Source of the DNA: Pseudoxanthomonas sp.
Lineage (GTDB): Bacteria; Pseudomonadota; Gammaproteobacteria; Xanthomonadales; Xanthomonadaceae
Direction of reading: 5' to 3'
Length of the DNA: 64,000 nucleotides
Assembly (NCBI RefSeq): GCF_027498035.1
Contig: NZ_CP114978.1
Coordinates: 4,015,957 to 4,079,956, forward strand
Part shown: piece by piece, positions 62,307-64,000 of the stretch
Position numbering within the stretch: the first letter of the stretch is position 1
Layout: the number at the start of each line of letters is the position of its first letter
Made by a program: the position numbers and the translations under genes
The notes under the pieces: model-generated
Databases searched by the model: none
Told to the model about the DNA's origin: nothing
The model's input: the letters and a program-made list of their open reading frames with translations, nothing else

Positions 62307-63647
62307 GTGGCCCGTTCCCCGCGCATCGACAAGACCCCTTTTGAACTCAACGTCCACGACCTGAGCCATGACGGCCGGGGCGTGGCCCGCCGCCCGCCGC
62401 TGGTGGAGGGCGAATCCGGCAAGGCCGTGTTCGTCCGTGGCGCCCTGCCGGGCGAGCGCGTGCTGGTCGAACAGACCGCCAGGAGCCGCCATTTCGATGA
62501 AGCCCGCACGCTGGAAGTGCTGGAGGCCTCGCCGGACCGGGTGACCCCGCGCTGCCCGCATTTCGGCACCTGCGGTGGCTGCGTGCTGCAGCACCTGGAC
62601 GAAACCAAGCAGATCGCCGCCAAGCAGCACACGCTGATGGAAAACCTGGAGCGCATCGGCCACGTCAAACCCGAATCGGTGCTGGCGCCGCTGTGCGAAG
62701 GCAGCTGGGGTTATCGCCGCAAGGGCCGCTTCTCCGTGCGTCGCGTCGAGAAGAAGGGCAAGACCCTGGTCGGTTTCCGCGAGCAGGATCCGCGCTTCGT
62801 CGCCGAGCTGCGCGAATGCCACACGGTGATCCCGGAGATCGGCTTCAAGATCGACGTGCTGGCACAGTTGGTCGACAGCCTGGACGGCCGCGCCGACATC
62901 CCGCAGATCGAGTTCATCGCCGGCGACGACGCCATCGCGTTCGTGTTCCGCCACATGAATCCGTTGACGCCCGGCGATATCGAGAAGCTCACTGCGTTCG
63001 CACAGGCCGAGAACTTCGCCATCTTCCTGCAGCCCGGTGGCAACCACACCGTGCATCCGCTGTGGCCGGCGGAAGTGCCGCTGTCGTTCCGGTTGGCGCC
63101 GTGGGATGTTGAGCTGACGTTCCGGCCACTGGACTTCATCCAGGTCAACGCCAAGCTCAACGAGACGATGATCGCCCACACCTTCAAGCTGCTGGACCTG
63201 CAGCCGGGCGAGCGGGTGCTGGACCTGTTCTGCGGGCTGGGCAACTTCACCCTGCCGATGGCGCGACTGGTGGGCGAAGTGGTGGGCGTGGAAGGCGAGG
63301 CCGGCCTGGTTGCGCGCGCGCAGGAAAACGCAGTGCGCAACGGGCTGGCCAACGCGCAGTTCTTCGCCGCCGACCTGACCCAGGACCAACGCAACGCGCC
63401 TTGGATGAAGCAGGGCTTCGACAAGCTGCTGCTGGACCCGCCGCGCTCGGGCGCGATCGACGTGCTCAAGCAGCTACCGCTGAAGAACTTCAACCGCATC
63501 GTCTACGTCAGCTGCCACCCGGGCTCGCTGGCGCGCGACGCCGGCTATCTGGTCAACGAGTGTGGCTTCCGGCTGGTCAGTGCCGGGGTGATGGACATGT
63601 TCCCGCACACCGCGCACGTGGAATCGATTGCGTTGTTCGAGCGCTGA
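62307..63647 (+). CDS. rlmD: 23S rRNA (uracil-1939-C5)-methyltransferase
   Basis: TRAM domain, CPHFGTCGGC, FIQVN, LDLFCG, LDPPRSG, YVSCHP. Confidence 0.95.
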   Translation: MARSPRIDKTPFELNVHDLSHDGRGVARRPPLVEGESGKAVFVRGALPGERVLVEQTARSRHFDEARTLEVLEASPDRVTPRCPHFGTCGGCVLQHLDETKQIAAKQHTLMENLERIGHVKPESVLAPLCEGSWGYRRKGRFSVRRVEKKGKTLVGFREQDPRFVAELRECHTVIPEIGFKIDVLAQLVDSLDGRADIPQIEFIAGDDAIAFVFRHMNPLTPGDIEKLTAFAQAENFAIFLQPGGNHTVHPLWPAEVPLSFRLAPWDVELTFRPLDFIQVNAKLNETMIAHTFKLLDLQPGERVLDLFCGLGNFTLPMARLVGEVVGVEGEAGLVARAQENAVRNGLANAQFFAADLTQDQRNAPWMKQGFDKLLLDPPRSGAIDVLKQLPLKNFNRIVYVSCHPGSLARDAGYLVNECGFRLVSAGVMDMFPHTAHVESIALFER

Positions 63648-63737
63648 AATCTGCTGCTTGGCTAGCGCTCCGGTAACGGGTGCTGGTCTAGGCTATCGGC
63701 CCGGCGTTGCCGGGCCTTTCTTCATCTGGTGTCGCAC

Positions 63738-64000
63738 ATGGGTCTGGAAATCGAACGCAAATTCCTGCTGGCCAACGAGGCCTGGCGCGCAGCGGCGCAC
63801 CGGGCCATCCCGATGGCGCAGGGCTACCTCAACGATCTGTCCGTGGTGGCCGGCGGGGCGCAGAAGGCCTCGGTGCGGGTGCGGATCGAAGGTGACACCG
63901 CCGCGCTGAACCTGAAATCCCGCGAGACCGGCCACACCCGCCAGGAATTCGAATACCCGATCCCTGTGGCTGATGCACAGGCCCTGCTCAAGCTGTGCGT
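63738..64000 (+). CDS. CYTH-domain protein (partial; runs off window end)
   Basis: MGLEIERKFL, QGYL, VRVR, RQEFEYPIP. Confidence 0.9.
   Translation, partial: MGLEIERKFLLANEAWRAAAHRAIPMAQGYLNDLSVVAGGAQKASVRVRIEGDTAALNLKSRETGHTRQEFEYPIPVADAQALLKLC

Overview
High-GC core-genome window from a Lysobacteraceae (Xanthomonadaceae) gammaproteobacterium; the gene order and REP types suggest Pseudoxanthomonas-like, which is an inference. Order: phoB (partial), bepA-like M48 protease, grxC, AhpD-like gene, NAD-type isocitrate dehydrogenase, BI-1/YccA gene, a 5-tRNA cluster, tig-clpP-clpX-lon-hupB, tRNA-Val/Asp/Asp, ppiD, mltD-gloB, methyltransferase-rnhA-GNAT-dnaQ, PP2C, tRNA-Ser, DUF6165-like gene, GT9, kdkA-MBL-moaACDE (moaC carries a +1 frameshift), SRP RNA and tRNA-Ser, dnaX-ybaB-recR-HIT, a MoxR/DUF58/transglutaminase/Slp operon, GT39, maf, yceD-rpmF-fabH, fabD-fabG-acpP-fabF-pabB-mltG-tmk-holB-pilZ, a small membrane protein/SH3 pair, a beta-oxidation enzyme, rpoE-rseA-mucD-lepA-lepB-DUF4845-rnc-era-recO, a REC-Hpt gene, rlmD and CYTH (partial). 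I saw no integrase, transposase, prophage, CRISPR or defence island. The most unusual items: (i) a two-gene divergent insert between fabH and fabD, made of a 50-aa ORF missing from the ORF track with an AP2/integrase-arm-like motif and a kinase-fold protein lacking the catalytic Asp, separated by a perfect 16-bp palindrome; (ii) a REP variant carrying a conserved 20-nt internal insert at two loci; (iii) a REP pair bracketed by a diverged duplicate of a small gene's 3' end; (iv) the moaC frameshift.
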